From assembly GCA_001724265.1 (NCBI GenBank), contig MEDY01000055.1:124001-177177 (forward strand): a stretch of DNA of 53,177 nt, read 5' to 3'. The stretch is from Rhizaria sp. SCN 62-66. Its lineage: Eukaryota. The notes beneath the pieces are model-generated. The model did not search any database. It was not told where the DNA came from and worked only from the letters and a program-made list of their open reading frames with translations. Shown one piece after another: positions 33,201-43,700 of this stretch (its first letter is position 1; every line of letters starts with the position of its first letter). The position numbers and the translations under genes are program-made.

Positions 33201-34117
33201 GGGTAGATGGTCGCGATGGTGCGCACGCACTCAGCCACGATGGCGTAGCCGATGTTGGTGCCTACGGTTGCGCGCTTGAGCGCGTCGCCCAGGACGTCGT
33301 ACATCTGCGACGACCAGTGGCGGTCCGCGTGGCCAAGCTTGGCCAGCAGCCGCATGAGGTCCATCTGAATCCAGGGCGCCGGAATGAAGTGGTAGTCGAA
33401 GTCGTTGGGCAGACGGTGGTCGATGATCTGCTTCAGGATCGACACGAAAGATGGAACGAGCTCCTTGTACTGGTGGGGGTTGATCGAGACGAGCTCCTGC
33501 AGCAGCAGCAGTGTCGCGCCCATCACGCTGGGGTCGGGGTCGCACAGCGCGCGCTTGATCTTCTCGCCCATGTCGGTCAGCGACGTGGGGTCGAGCTCGA
33601 AGAAGCGGTGCAGACATGCGACGGCCTTCTTGCGCACCATCGGCACCTGGTGCTCGAGCAGCTTCGACACAAAGGGCAGCACGGCCGGGATGAGCGAGGT
33701 GTTGATGAGGCGCGCCACGGTGGTGAGCGCCATCGCGGCCTCGAGGAAGTTGTCGGACTCGAGGTCCTTCTGTAGCGCGTTGACGAGCAGCAGGATGAAG
33801 GCGTGGTCCTTGTGCAGCACGAGCGCGGCCGCCAGGTAGCCCACGCGCTTCTCCAGTAGGTTGCGCGACGAGAGCATCTTGATGGCATGGATCTGGCCGA
33901 AGGACGCCTCGTGGCCGAGCATCTCGACGTAGATCATGCGGATCAGGTACTCGCGCATGCGCTTCGAAGGCACGTCCTTGGCCGCCATGTTGGCCTTAAG
34001 CGTGCGGACCTCGGCCAGAACGACCTTGTCTTCCTCCTGCTTCGTCCGGCTCTCGCCGATGCTCTTGATGAGCTCGAAGAAGTCCTTGCTAAGCTGGCCA
34101 GAGCCGACCGCAGACAT
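30209..34117 (-). CDS. AP4E1: AP-4 complex subunit epsilon (coding region intronless)
   Basis: SKDFFELIKSIGESRTKQEED; YLIRMIYVEMLGHEASFG; HRLPNDFDYHFIPAPWIQ; DCLEDSDETLKRKTLD; LRFEAY; linker RRAWG; C-terminal appendage. Confidence 0.93.
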   Translation of the reverse strand: MSAVGSGQLSKDFFELIKSIGESRTKQEEDKVVLAEVRTLKANMAAKDVPSKRMREYLIRMIYVEMLGHEASFGQIHAIKMLSSRNLLEKRVGYLAAALVLHKDHAFILLLVNALQKDLESDNFLEAAMALTTVARLINTSLIPAVLPFVSKLLEHQVPMVRKKAVACLHRFFELDPTSLTDMGEKIKRALCDPDPSVMGATLLLLQELVSINPHQYKELVPSFVSILKQIIDHRLPNDFDYHFIPAPWIQMDLMRLLAKLGHADRHWSSQMYDVLGDALKRATVGTNIGYAIVAECVRTIATIYPNQELLTAAGQAVALFLKPEQHGVSATGPAQQNFRYVGLTLLSALVRVDPSFVAEHQVTVIDCLEDSDETLKRKTLDFLVTVTNPANVTAIVDKLVRFLRLATDSAAKVFLITRIAYLAERYAPDTDWFIATMNNAFELAGDATPARLGHSVLHVIAQGTGDVEGDMGTRQRAVDSYIALLQTARSVPDTLLKVAVWTIGEYGHLSSILTPPESIDLLCETLNSRSFLDSSVRLWLFGAVQSLLARLTAEEPIPPAVLPLVRVCQASRDPVLAQRAIECAALLVNRPLLQAVQPVDSHAPLAVDPALSFLDAFVRAAAAAGAAGSSASPAAAAAAAAVAAAALTGIVPAVKGKTLRFEAYAKPPETRPEPPRIVTAASAPVAAAATAAAAGGAAGGAGADTGAAADMDSGIKLKSSARRAWGPKGFNADKQAEEAKKAEAAAAAAAAASAASASAAAATAAAAAAEADSRKTSNAAAASAAALASAAATAAAAAAAAAKPRAPTQKELAAKSLFAGLTTSSAPAAGMRPPAARPAAAAAAAPAGGWRGAAAPAAAAPAAAAAAPTAAAAAGPMPLDLLFASDNSSAAAPAATASSNAGSFDLLSVMGSSAPATITPSAGAGAGASAAPFSLGTGFTPAFSAAAPAASAGAALSASPLDLLSPTSDAEHAASPFDFFGTGSSSSSSVMPATTGHSLFSPTAAVPPAVGAAAALASIPALAQQLSALQEVVSETSAPRLFCGSFNVTYTVHAGPAAAVLTVYLANPSQAQSWAPVALAVTLPSAAATASAVSVAALSPYEAPAVGRGNGAGYFLAQLGSVPAATTVALTVTFTSAAAALFAGAAGAAAAVVKLSAQFGGHDGGKKGSFDSLAVSVPAPALLRPLQLVTKQYAEAWKTLGATGEAKLPARPVPAAAGTTEGIAALARTAGLHVVQTIATAAAGKQETIAAGHLLGSTAAATPVLVHLRLAEGALAVHVRAEAAPLAAAVADAVAAAAAAL

Positions 34118-34863
34118 CTATGGCGTGAAATGAGACAGAGTTTCACGAGAGGGAGGGTGAAGGTGCAGAGAGAGAAAAGAATGTGAGATATCACGGGCAT
34201 AAAAAGGTGTTACAGCTATGCAATTTTACATCAGTAAACCAGAGCTACTGCTATTTCCATAAAATAAACTTTAAATCATATTGACGATGATCCCAGTGCG
34301 ACAGAGACAGCTTTCTGTCACCTCGAAGACGTGGCCTCGTCTATCTGTCTGTGTGGTTGGTCTACGACTTGACTTTGGCCCACGGTCACCTGGACTGGAC
34401 TGCGACTGTGGGCGGTAGAGTATTTCATGTGGGTGAACTCGTTGAGGTCGTGTAGGAAGTGTTCATCGCGCGCGAATAGGGCTCAAGCGCAATTGAATGG
34501 AGAATCTGCACTGTGTTCTATCTTGATTTACTGTCAGCGACTGCTGCGTAGCTGCGTATGCAGTGGATTTAGGCTCGGGAGACGAATGACCATGTCGTCT
34601 GGCGACACGACGCCTCCCGGTGGCCAGCACCCGAACTTCGTGGTAGAATAGGGGTAGACGCGCTTTGATGTCGCTGATTATTAACTATCAAAGACATGGA
34701 CGTTCTATCTACCTTATCACTTTGCTTCTATTTCTAGCGACGATCAAACTGAAGCTCTAGACCTGCTCCCACGATATCGTTAGAGTGACGTCTACTTTGT
34801 CTTCTCGCCCGCACATTATCTCACTTTCTTTCCTTCTTTCTTCTCGATTTTTCTCTGATAGCA

Positions 34864-36152
34864 ATGGCTCGGGCTTTAACCGTTCTTGCCGCGCTTGCGC
34901 TCATGTGCGCCACCGCCGTTGCTTCGCGCTTTGCCAACGTTCCCGTCACTTCGACCATGGTCTTCTCGTCCCAAAAGTCCGTCCCTTCCTAACCTCCCAC
35001 CAAACACTCTTTTCGTACCCTATATTCACATCTTCGTCCTTGAACCCCAACTCATGATAATTCTTCTTCTGCTTTTACTTTCTTAGGACCTTCACCCGCG
35101 ACAACATCGCGGCTGCCGCGGCCCCCGCGGACCTGTACAACGTCTTCGCCACGCTCGCGGGCCAGGAGCGCGACAGCAGCAGCCGTTCGCCGCTGTTCCG
35201 CGACATCGTCACCGCGACGGCCCCGGCCCCGCTCATCACGCTCGCCGTCTCGGCCACGGGCCTCACCAAGCCCCAGACCGCACAGGCGCTCGGCCTCTTC
35301 ACCGACTCAGTTCCTACGCTGACCAACTTCGCCGCCGCGCTCGCCGCGGCCCCGTCGTCGCTCGCCGTGTCCGACGTCTACGTCCCCGCTGCCGAGGTCG
35401 CGCCCGCCCTCCGCGCCGTCCGCGCCACCCGCGGCACCGCCCTGTCCTTCACCGCCACCGCCACGACCGACTGCGCTGAACTCACCAGCATCGTCTCGTC
35501 CCTCTCGACGGCCCGCGCGTCGTCGCTGCTCCACGTCACGGCCCCCGATGCCGCCGCGCTCGCCGCCGTCGACGCCTGCCTGCCCCCCGTGCTTGCCGCG
35601 CTCGCCGCCGCCTCTCGCGACCGCTACGCTGTGGCCCTCGTCGGCGCCCCCGCCCCCGGCGCCCGCGGCATGCGCACCACCTTCGGCGCTCTCGCCGAGC
35701 TTGAGGCCCAGGTACGAATATCGATTATAATAAATATATCTTAAGGTTTTTATCAGCGAGGACATTAATGTTCTCGCTGATAAAAACCTTAAGATATATT
35801 TATTAAACTATTGTGATTTATATATTACACTTAAATTTTAGTTTATAACAGTCTTATCTCACTTTTGCACATGTCGTTTTGCAATCTGTGTTTTGTTTGC
35901 TTCTCTGACGTTCTTCAGGAGGGCGTGTTCCTCCAGCTGGGCTCCCAGATCCGCGCCGACGCCGGCGTTACTGCCGGTGAGGAGACGTTCAATGGCCCCG
36001 AGTACGTGACCTCCGACGTTATCACCGTGATGCTCGTCGTCTTCCTCGGCCTCGGCATCCTCGCGCTGGGCTTCTCCTTCACGCTCGCGATCGAGACCCC
36101 CGTGCGGTACGCCACGCCCAGCATGGCGCTCCCCGTCACCCGCGAGTACTAA
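34864..36152 (+). CDS. Type I membrane protein, V-ATPase accessory Ac45/VOA1-like; exons 34864-34976, 35087-35711, 35919-36152
   Basis: Signal peptide MARALTVLAALALMCATAVA; C-terminal YVTSDVITVMLVVFLGLGILALGFSFTLAIETPVRY...REY resembles the Ac45-VOA1 TM/tail; intron phases 2 and 0. Confidence 0.65.
35728..35805. repeat. 78-bp near-perfect palindrome in intron 35712-35918
   Basis: TAATAAATATATCTTAAGGTTTTTATCAGCGAG (35728-35760) is the exact reverse complement of 35773-35805. The centre GACATTAATGTT is also palindromic except for one G/T pair. Confidence 0.97.
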
Positions 36153-36840
36153 GCGCACATGGGTAAACGGTGTACACACGCTCTGCTGCGGTGTGGCGCT
36201 CTATGGTTCATGGTCTCCGGTCTGTGGTCTATAGGGTGCAAACGCAGGCTTTTCTCTAGAACGGGGCTCTCGTCTCCCTTGCGAACAGTCGCACTGCTCG
36301 TTCAATGCCTACTCTCAGTTGTTACTTGCGTTTATCGTGATGTGACTCCGGGAATATGCGTGAATGACGCAATGTGACCCGTGTGAAGTGACGATGTGCT
36401 CTATTTGTTTCAAAATTAGCTCAAAAGCTCTTTTGTTTTTTAGGCCAACAAAATCACCTTCAATTCCAGATGGTGAACATTTTCGTTTCTCTTTTCAATT
36501 GTTTTTTCTTCAATTCGTTTCCTTAATACATCTCCTATAAATAGTATTAACAACAAACAACGTCGTTCATCAACAATCAATGGTACCGTCGTAAGCTTAA
36601 CATAAAGCAGAAACCATCATGATTCGTTGATACTGTGTGTGATATTGATTTGTATTAACATTGTTATATTTTTCAACTAATTACGATATGATATTTTCTT
36701 TGCTTTTTCCGTGTAACAACAATCACACCAGGACATAGGACATGAGTAAGTCTTGGGGTCATTGCAAAAACAATCTTTATCTTCTCTCCATCCATCCGAC
36801 AAACGATTCGTGCGCAGATACAGCAGTGAGTACTTAGCGC

Positions 36841-39384
36841 TTAGAAGTGCTTGGCGGTGACCTCCTTGAAGAGCGCGATGGCGTCGTCGAGCGTGTACTC
36901 GATCATCTTCTTGCTGGCGAGCGCGGCGGCCTTCTCGGCGGCGGCATCGGCAGGCTTATCGCCCTCGGCCGTGACGGCCGTGGGGGCGTCCTTGCCCGTG
37001 GTGGCCTTGACGAAGCCGTCGCGGAAGCGGATGTTGACGGTGCCCTGCTCCATCTCCTTCTGGCCGACAACGAGGATGAAGTTGTAGCCGGCAACGGCGG
37101 CCTCGGCGACCTTCTTGTTGAAGGTCGAGGTGCTGTCGTCGACGTCGGCGTAGAAGCCAGCCGCGTGCACGGCATCGCGGACCTTGTGCGCGTAGGCGAA
37201 GTTGATCTCGCTGATGGGCACGACGGCGACCTGGCGCGGGTTAAGCCAGAAGGGCCACTTGCCGCCAGTGTGCTCCGTCAGCACGGCGATCATGCGCTCG
37301 ATCGAGCCCAGGATCGCGCGGTGGATCATCACGGGCCGCTCGTGGCCGTTGGGCAGAGGAGACTCCTTCCAGACGTACTCCTTGCGGTGCGCGCCGCCGC
37401 AGCAGCCGCCCTCCTCGGCCGCCGCCACGGCTGCCGCCACGGCGTCCGCGGACACGACAGCGGTGCCGGCCTCGGGGGCGGCGGCGGCGGGGGCGTCGCC
37501 GGCCTTCTTGGCCTTGCGGTCCACGATGCCGTTCTCGGCGCGGAACTTGGCCAGCGCGGCGCCGACGTCCTCGCCCGCGGCCTCGGCGGCGGCCTTAACG
37601 GCGGCCTCCTTAGCCATGCGCTCGGCGTGCAACGCCTTGGCGGCGGCGGCGCGCTCCTCCTTGCTCTCGCGCGAGTTGTGCGGCGCCGCGCCACCCTTGG
37701 CAGCGCCGCCGGGGGCGCCCGCGGCGGCGGCGGCGGCCTCAGCGGCGGCCTCGGAGGCCTCGACAACGGCCTTGCCGCGGTAGGACAGGCCGAAGCGGAT
37801 GGGGAGCTGGAAGTCGAGCTGGCACGTGCCGCACTGGTGGCGGCGCTTCAGCGCGTCCGTGAGCTGGATGTCGATCTTGGGGCCGTAGAAGGCGCCGTCT
37901 CCAGGGTTGAGCGACCAGGTGTGGCCGAACTTGGCGCAGAACTCGTCCAGGCACGCCTTGAGCGCGGCCTCAGCCTCGTCCCACAGCTCGATCGCACCGA
38001 GGAACTTCTCCTCGGGGCGCGTCGACAGGCAGAGGTTAAAGGAGAAGCCGAAGTGGCCGTAGACCTCCTGGAGCATGTCGAGAACGCCCGACACCTCGGC
38101 CTGGATCTGCTCCTTGGTGCAGAAGATGTGCGCGTCGTCCTGCTGGAACCGGCGCACGCGGGTGAGGCCTGTCAGCGCACCCGAAAGCTCGTTGCGGTGC
38201 AGCACGCCGAAGTCGGCGACACGCATCGGCAGCTCGCGGTACGAGCGCAGGCGGTTGCCGAAAAGCAGGCAGTGGCCCGGACAGTTCATGGGCTTCATGG
38301 CGAACTCAACGCCCTCGCAGTCGAACGAGAACATGTTCTCGCGGTAGTTCTGGTAGTGTCCGGACTGCTTCCAGAGGTCGACGTTGAAGACGTTGGGCGT
38401 GACGACCTCGCAGTAGCCGCGCTTGTGGTACTGCGCGCGCACGTACTCCTGCAGCCGGTTGTAGAGGCGCGTGCCGTGGGGCAGGAAGAAGCACGAACCG
38501 GGCGAAAGCTCGTGGAAGAAGAAGAGCTCCTGTGCAGCGCCGATGCGGCGGTGATCGCGCTCCTCGGCGGCCTTGAGCAGCAGGCGGTGTTCCTCGAGCT
38601 GCGCCTTGGAGGGGAACGACACGCCGTACACGCGCTGCAGCGACTCCTTGGTGGCGTCGGCGTTCCAGTACGAGGACGAGTTGCGCGTGATCATCATGGC
38701 GGCGATGCGGCCGGTGTTCTGCACGTGCGGGCCGCGGCACAGGTCGATCAGCGGGCCGTTGCGGTAGGCCGTGGTGAGGTCGCCGTCGGGGATGCGCTTG
38801 GTGATGATCTCCTGCTTGAACTTGTTGGTGGAGAAGAGGTCGAGCGCCTGCTCCTTGGTCAGCACCACGCGCGTGAAGTTCTGCTTGGCCTTGATGATGG
38901 CGTCGACGCGCTTCTGGATGCGCTCGTAGTCGGCAGGAGAGATGGTGACGCCGGGAGGCAGGTAGACGTCGTAGTAGAAGCCGCCGTCCTCAAGCGGGGG
39001 ACCGATGCAGAGCTGCGCGTCGGGGAACTCGAGCTCGATCGCCTGGCCCAGGATGTGCGCCGACGAGTGCCAGAAGCAGTGCGTGCCCTCGGGCGAGTCG
39101 AAGTCGAAAAACTGCAGCGTGCAGTCGCCCTCGAACGGACGGTTGAGGTCCCACGCCTTGCCGTTGACCTGCGCGACGACCACAGTCTTGGCGAGCGAGT
39201 TGGACAGGGTCTTGCAGACGTCCATCGGGGTCTGGGCAGAGGTCGAGTCGATGATCTTGCCATCCTTGAGGGTGATCTTGACGGGGAAGGGCTCGGGCGC
39301 GGCGGGCGCGGCGGCGGCGATCGCTTCGAACTTGCGGATGCGCTCCTCGATGTACGCCGGCACAGCGGAAGCAGCAGCGGCCAT
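36841..39384 (-). CDS. TARS1: Threonyl-tRNA synthetase, eukaryotic cytosolic type
   Basis: TGS domain (WDLNRPFEGDC); FWHSSAHILG; DLCRGPH; RDHRRIG; KPMNCPGHC; RVRRFQQDDAHIFC; GAFYGPKID; HRAILGSIER; anticodon-binding domain. Confidence 0.97.
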   Translation of the reverse strand: MAAAASAVPAYIEERIRKFEAIAAAAPAAPEPFPVKITLKDGKIIDSTSAQTPMDVCKTLSNSLAKTVVVAQVNGKAWDLNRPFEGDCTLQFFDFDSPEGTHCFWHSSAHILGQAIELEFPDAQLCIGPPLEDGGFYYDVYLPPGVTISPADYERIQKRVDAIIKAKQNFTRVVLTKEQALDLFSTNKFKQEIITKRIPDGDLTTAYRNGPLIDLCRGPHVQNTGRIAAMMITRNSSSYWNADATKESLQRVYGVSFPSKAQLEEHRLLLKAAEERDHRRIGAAQELFFFHELSPGSCFFLPHGTRLYNRLQEYVRAQYHKRGYCEVVTPNVFNVDLWKQSGHYQNYRENMFSFDCEGVEFAMKPMNCPGHCLLFGNRLRSYRELPMRVADFGVLHRNELSGALTGLTRVRRFQQDDAHIFCTKEQIQAEVSGVLDMLQEVYGHFGFSFNLCLSTRPEEKFLGAIELWDEAEAALKACLDEFCAKFGHTWSLNPGDGAFYGPKIDIQLTDALKRRHQCGTCQLDFQLPIRFGLSYRGKAVVEASEAAAEAAAAAAGAPGGAAKGGAAPHNSRESKEERAAAAKALHAERMAKEAAVKAAAEAAGEDVGAALAKFRAENGIVDRKAKKAGDAPAAAAPEAGTAVVSADAVAAAVAAAEEGGCCGGAHRKEYVWKESPLPNGHERPVMIHRAILGSIERMIAVLTEHTGGKWPFWLNPRQVAVVPISEINFAYAHKVRDAVHAAGFYADVDDSTSTFNKKVAEAAVAGYNFILVVGQKEMEQGTVNIRFRDGFVKATTGKDAPTAVTAEGDKPADAAAEKAAALASKKMIEYTLDDAIALFKEVTAKHF

Positions 39385-40234
39385 CAGTGCTGTAGTTGCG
39401 TCACGTGTTGTCGAGATATAGGATCATACAACGTAAGATATTATGTCACAGAAGCAAAGAGTGATGCGGTGTCGGGAGAATGTCGGTTAGACAGAACGCG
39501 GAACGATGTTAGAGGCAGTGACGCAAAGGCGCAGTCAGCAAGCGAATCGAGAGTGAGAGCAGAGGTCGCCGTCGTCGTGGAAGAGAGCAAGCAGAGGGGG
39601 GCGGAGATGCAGACGAAGAGGCAGATATAGGTGGGTTGAACGTGAGATCGGTACGAGGTATATCGTGAGACGAGTGGGGTTTCACGCGAATGTCGCGCTG
39701 CGGGAGCAGGGAGTTAAGGCAAGACAAGGCACTAGGAGCCCTGGCTAGTCGGGACGCTCGGCTCCGGACGACGCTGTGCCCGGCCGCCACACACGTCGGC
39801 TCATCGAGAAAATTGCAATCAATGTGCACCAGTTTCGTGCTAACACTCCCGCGCAGTTAAGAACGAATAGAAGGAGAGATGGACGCCAGAATCGAATCGG
39901 AAACACCCTTTTGATGGGCTTGCGCAAAGTCGACTTTTTTTTGTGGTGTGATTTTTTCGGCCCCGGTCGATCCAGTAATCAGCCACCACCACGAGTCCAG
40001 AAGCTGACCTTCAATCGATTTCAAACATGTCTGATCTCTACCAGAACTCCGTCCTGTATTTTGTTTGTTTTTGGTCGTCTTTTATGTGAAGATTTCTCCT
40101 TGGTTTTACTTTTCTGACGCGCTATCTTGTCGTCATCCCCGTGATATCCACCCTCCTGCGACAGACCTTTCCTCCAGAACCTCGACTGATCCACGAAGCT
40201 CGCTTGTGCATCTGCCGCGTCACTCCCTGTCGCC

Positions 40235-40686
40235 ATGGCGTCCCAACAGATGTGCCAGTGCGCGGTCGCGCTCTCCGACGGCCGCCGCCTGCGCGCCTCG
40301 GTGCCGGCCTCGTCCTCGCTGCTGTCGGCCCTGCTCGCGGCGTCCCCAGCGCTGCTGACCGCGACCAACCCTGCCACCGGCCTGTGGCAGCAGCCCGTCG
40401 TATCGATCGCCCTCGCGCGCGGCCAGCGCCCCACGACCTACGGCTCCGTCTCGGCGCTTGCGGGCACGACGCTGCGCTCGCTGGGCAGCGTCGCCTCGGT
40501 CGGCGTGCTCATGTACATCACGTACACCGACTCGCAGTTCACGTTACAACAGGCACGGCTCGTCACGCTCTCGCTCGCGGCGTCCTCCCTCGCTCCCGCT
40601 GCTGCTGCCGCTGCGACGGCTGACCCTGCGGAGGGTGAGAAGGTCAAGGCCGAGCTCAACGCAGCCTTTGACGCTGCAGAGGCTGC

Positions 40687-40723
<37 letters not shown>

Positions 40724-43700
40724 GCAGCGACAGCGACGGCAAATGATGTTGCGTCTACGTCTGAGTTGCCTGCTCAGTCGCCCTCTGTTGAAGCCGCCTC
40801 TCTTGCTGCTTTAGGTAACACAGCGGCTGCCACTGCCGCCGACTCTACAGCTGTGGCGGCTGTTCCTGCGACAGCGAATGCTGCTGGTTTTGCTCCTAAC
40901 AGCACGATCACAGACACCAGCAGCAGCGGCAGCAGCAGCATCAGCAACAGCAGCAGCATCAGCAGCGTCACCAGTAGCGCGTCCCCCTTTGCCGCCACCC
41001 CGGGGTCCGCGGCCTCCGCGACGGGCGGCTCCGGCTCGCTCGGCGGCCACGGGCTGCCGCTGCCAGCGCTGCTGCGGACGCGGCTGCTGACCTCAGCGCT
41101 CTCGGCGCTCAGCGGCGACGTCATCACGCTCACCGCGCTTTCGTCCATCCTCGACAAAATCGTCGCCACTGCCTCCGCCCCCGCCACTGCCGCTGCAACT
41201 GCTGCGGCGAACAATACGAGTGTCAGTGCGAGTAGGAATGCGTCAGTGTGCGACGCCAGCAGCCTGCCTGTCAACCTGCGCGCCCTCTTCGCGGGCGACC
41301 GCCTGCGCTTCCGTTCCCTGCGCCTCGGCGACAGCGACGGCGCGGGCGCCAATCCCGCGCTGTGGGCGCGCGTCGGCTGCAACGCGCACGCCGTCGCCGT
41401 GCTGACAGCCGCCGGCTTCGGCTGGGTCAGGGCAGAGGACGACGGCACCTTCGCCTTCCCCGGCGACGCGGGGAATGTAAGTGCCAATGTAAGTGCGGGC
41501 GCGAGCGCGGGAGCGGTGACTGTGCCTGTGGACCCGACGCGGCTTATCTTCACCGCGACGCGGCCTACCTTAAACGACATCGCGCAGCTCAACGACGCCG
41601 CTGCAGTAGCTGATTCGTCGAGTCTGCTGCTGCTGCCCCAGCGCATGGTACTCCACCCCAGCCTCGAGCTTGACATCCCGGCATCTAGCTTCACCAACCC
41701 CAACCCCAGCAGCAGCAGCAGCAGCAGCAGTGTCCCGAGCAGCAGTGTCAGCAGCAGTGTCGGCGTGGCGGCCTTGGCACGCAAGGTCCGCTGGGCAGCC
41801 GAGGACGCCAAGCGCGTCGCCGACGCCGAGAAGGCCCATAGTAGCGAGGCGGGGCCCCCCGCCGCCGCTGCTGCAGTTGCTACTCCAGCTGCTGCTGCTT
41901 CTGTTGCTGTCCAGAGCACTGAAGTCGCCGGTGCAAAGGCCGTGAGTCGAAAGCGGACCAAGGAGAGCGCTGCCAATGACAACGAGGAGGAAGAGGAGGA
42001 GGAGGAGGATGTCAATGAGCAGCAGCAGCAGCAGCAGGGGCAACAGGGTCTCAAATCACCTGACTCCGGCTTTGGCTCCATCTTTGACTCGAGTTCTAGC
42101 GCCGTGAATGCTGACGCTGAGGCTGGCAGTGCTGAGAAAACTGTTCGCACTCCTGCTGCCATGACAGACGCCGACGCTGAGACTGGCGGCAACGACAACA
42201 TAAACGCTGTCTCTCAGTCGGTTGCCATGACCGACTCCGCGGACTCGGTCCCTGTCTCGATCCCGAGCCCCAATCAGGAGGGTGTGAGCACCAGTGCTGC
42301 TGGTAGCAACCCTGCTGAGTCAGCTGCGACCGCTGATTTTTCGCTGCTGACTGAGGCGCTGCAGCGGCTGCCGGGCGAGGCGCTGGCGTGCCCCTCAGAG
42401 GACCACCTTACCCGGCACGTACTTACATCGGCCCTCAAGAGTCTGCTGCAGCTCGCGCGCAAGCTCGAGGCCGACGCCGCCGCGCTCCTGTCCCCCGCCG
42501 CGCCCGCTCTCAACCTCAACGCGACCGCCGGCACCACGACTGCCGCAGAGGCGGTGACGACGGTCAAGACCAGTCACCGCGTGTTCGCGTCGGGGGCGGC
42601 CTTACTTCCATCCACGCGGCCGATCTTGGCTCACCTGGGCTTCGCGCCCGTCCCTCTCTGGCCGCTGCCGCTGCCGTCCACCATCACCGCCACAATCGTT
42701 AAAACCGCGACTGCGCCCGTGAGCAACAATGGCAACAACACGGAGTCTGGCGCCGCCCCGCTCTCCGCAGCGACCGTGAGCGCCCGCCTGCCGCGCGTCA
42801 TCACGGCCCTCTCGCGCGCGCTCGCGGCCGTGGCCGTAAGCCAAGACGCCGCGCGCGCAGCCGCAGTGCGCGGCGTTGCGCTGGCGCTCGCGAGCGACAA
42901 GGCCGCTAAGGGGGTACTTAGACTTGGCGACAGCGCTGGCCAGTGGTGCCACAAGTGGGCCGCCGCCGCCCCCGCCTCTGCTGCTGCTGCTCCTCCGACG
43001 GCGACGGCGAGTGCGAGTATTGACCTGACCGCTGGCGGGGTCCTGCCCTTCAGCGCCGGGGACGGGCTGGACTCTCTGTTCGTGCGCGACCGTGAGACCG
43101 TGTGCTACGACTGTGAGCTCGGCTCTGCCACTGCGTCGTCCTCGGTGCCCGTCAGGTCGCCGGTTGCGGGCGCCGCAGCCGTGGGGGGCTCGGTCCCTGC
43201 GACCGCGGGTTCGCAGCCTCCGTCGACTGCGCCAATGTCTGCGCTAGCCCGGCGGGGCGGCGGCTACTCGCTGGAAACGGGACAACGCACGGCGCCCATC
43301 GCGCCCGCGCGCGGCGGCGGCGTCGCTTTAGACGGCTCCATCCCGCAGCAGCCGCAGCAGCAACAATACGCTCCATCCAGCTTCAGTGCGAGCACGAGTG
43401 CAAGTGCGGGCAACGGCGTCAGCAGTCTGAGCGGTCGTCCAATGCCTACTTCAGCTGGCGCAGCGATGAGCGACGAAGGCAGCGACCGCGCCGACGCCGC
43501 CCTGCTGGCCTCCGTCCTCGCCTCCCGCAACCAGGCCGCGCTGGCCTCCGTGCTCGCACCCGCCACGGCCACGGCCGACGCGCGCTTTATGTCCAAGGCC
43601 GAGGCCGAGGCCGCGGCGGCTGCGCGCAGGCCCGAGTACGCGCGGTCAGTGGTGCGCGTCGTGTTCCCGGGCGGGCGCTTCGTGCTGCAGGGCCTGTTTG

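Noticed and set aside
30629..33775. 1048-aa plus-strand ORF antisense to AP4E1
   Set aside because: Same codon-bias shadow effect; Gly/Arg-rich translation without domains
34118..34389. Possible 5'-UTR intron of AP4E1 (TAG directly before ATG; CAG|GTGACC upstream)
   Set aside because: The donor does not match the local GTACG consensus and cannot be supported without cDNA
36847..39630. 927-aa plus-strand ORF antisense to ThrRS
   Set aside because: Mirrors the sense gene almost exactly, as expected from codon bias; not evidence of sense/antisense coding
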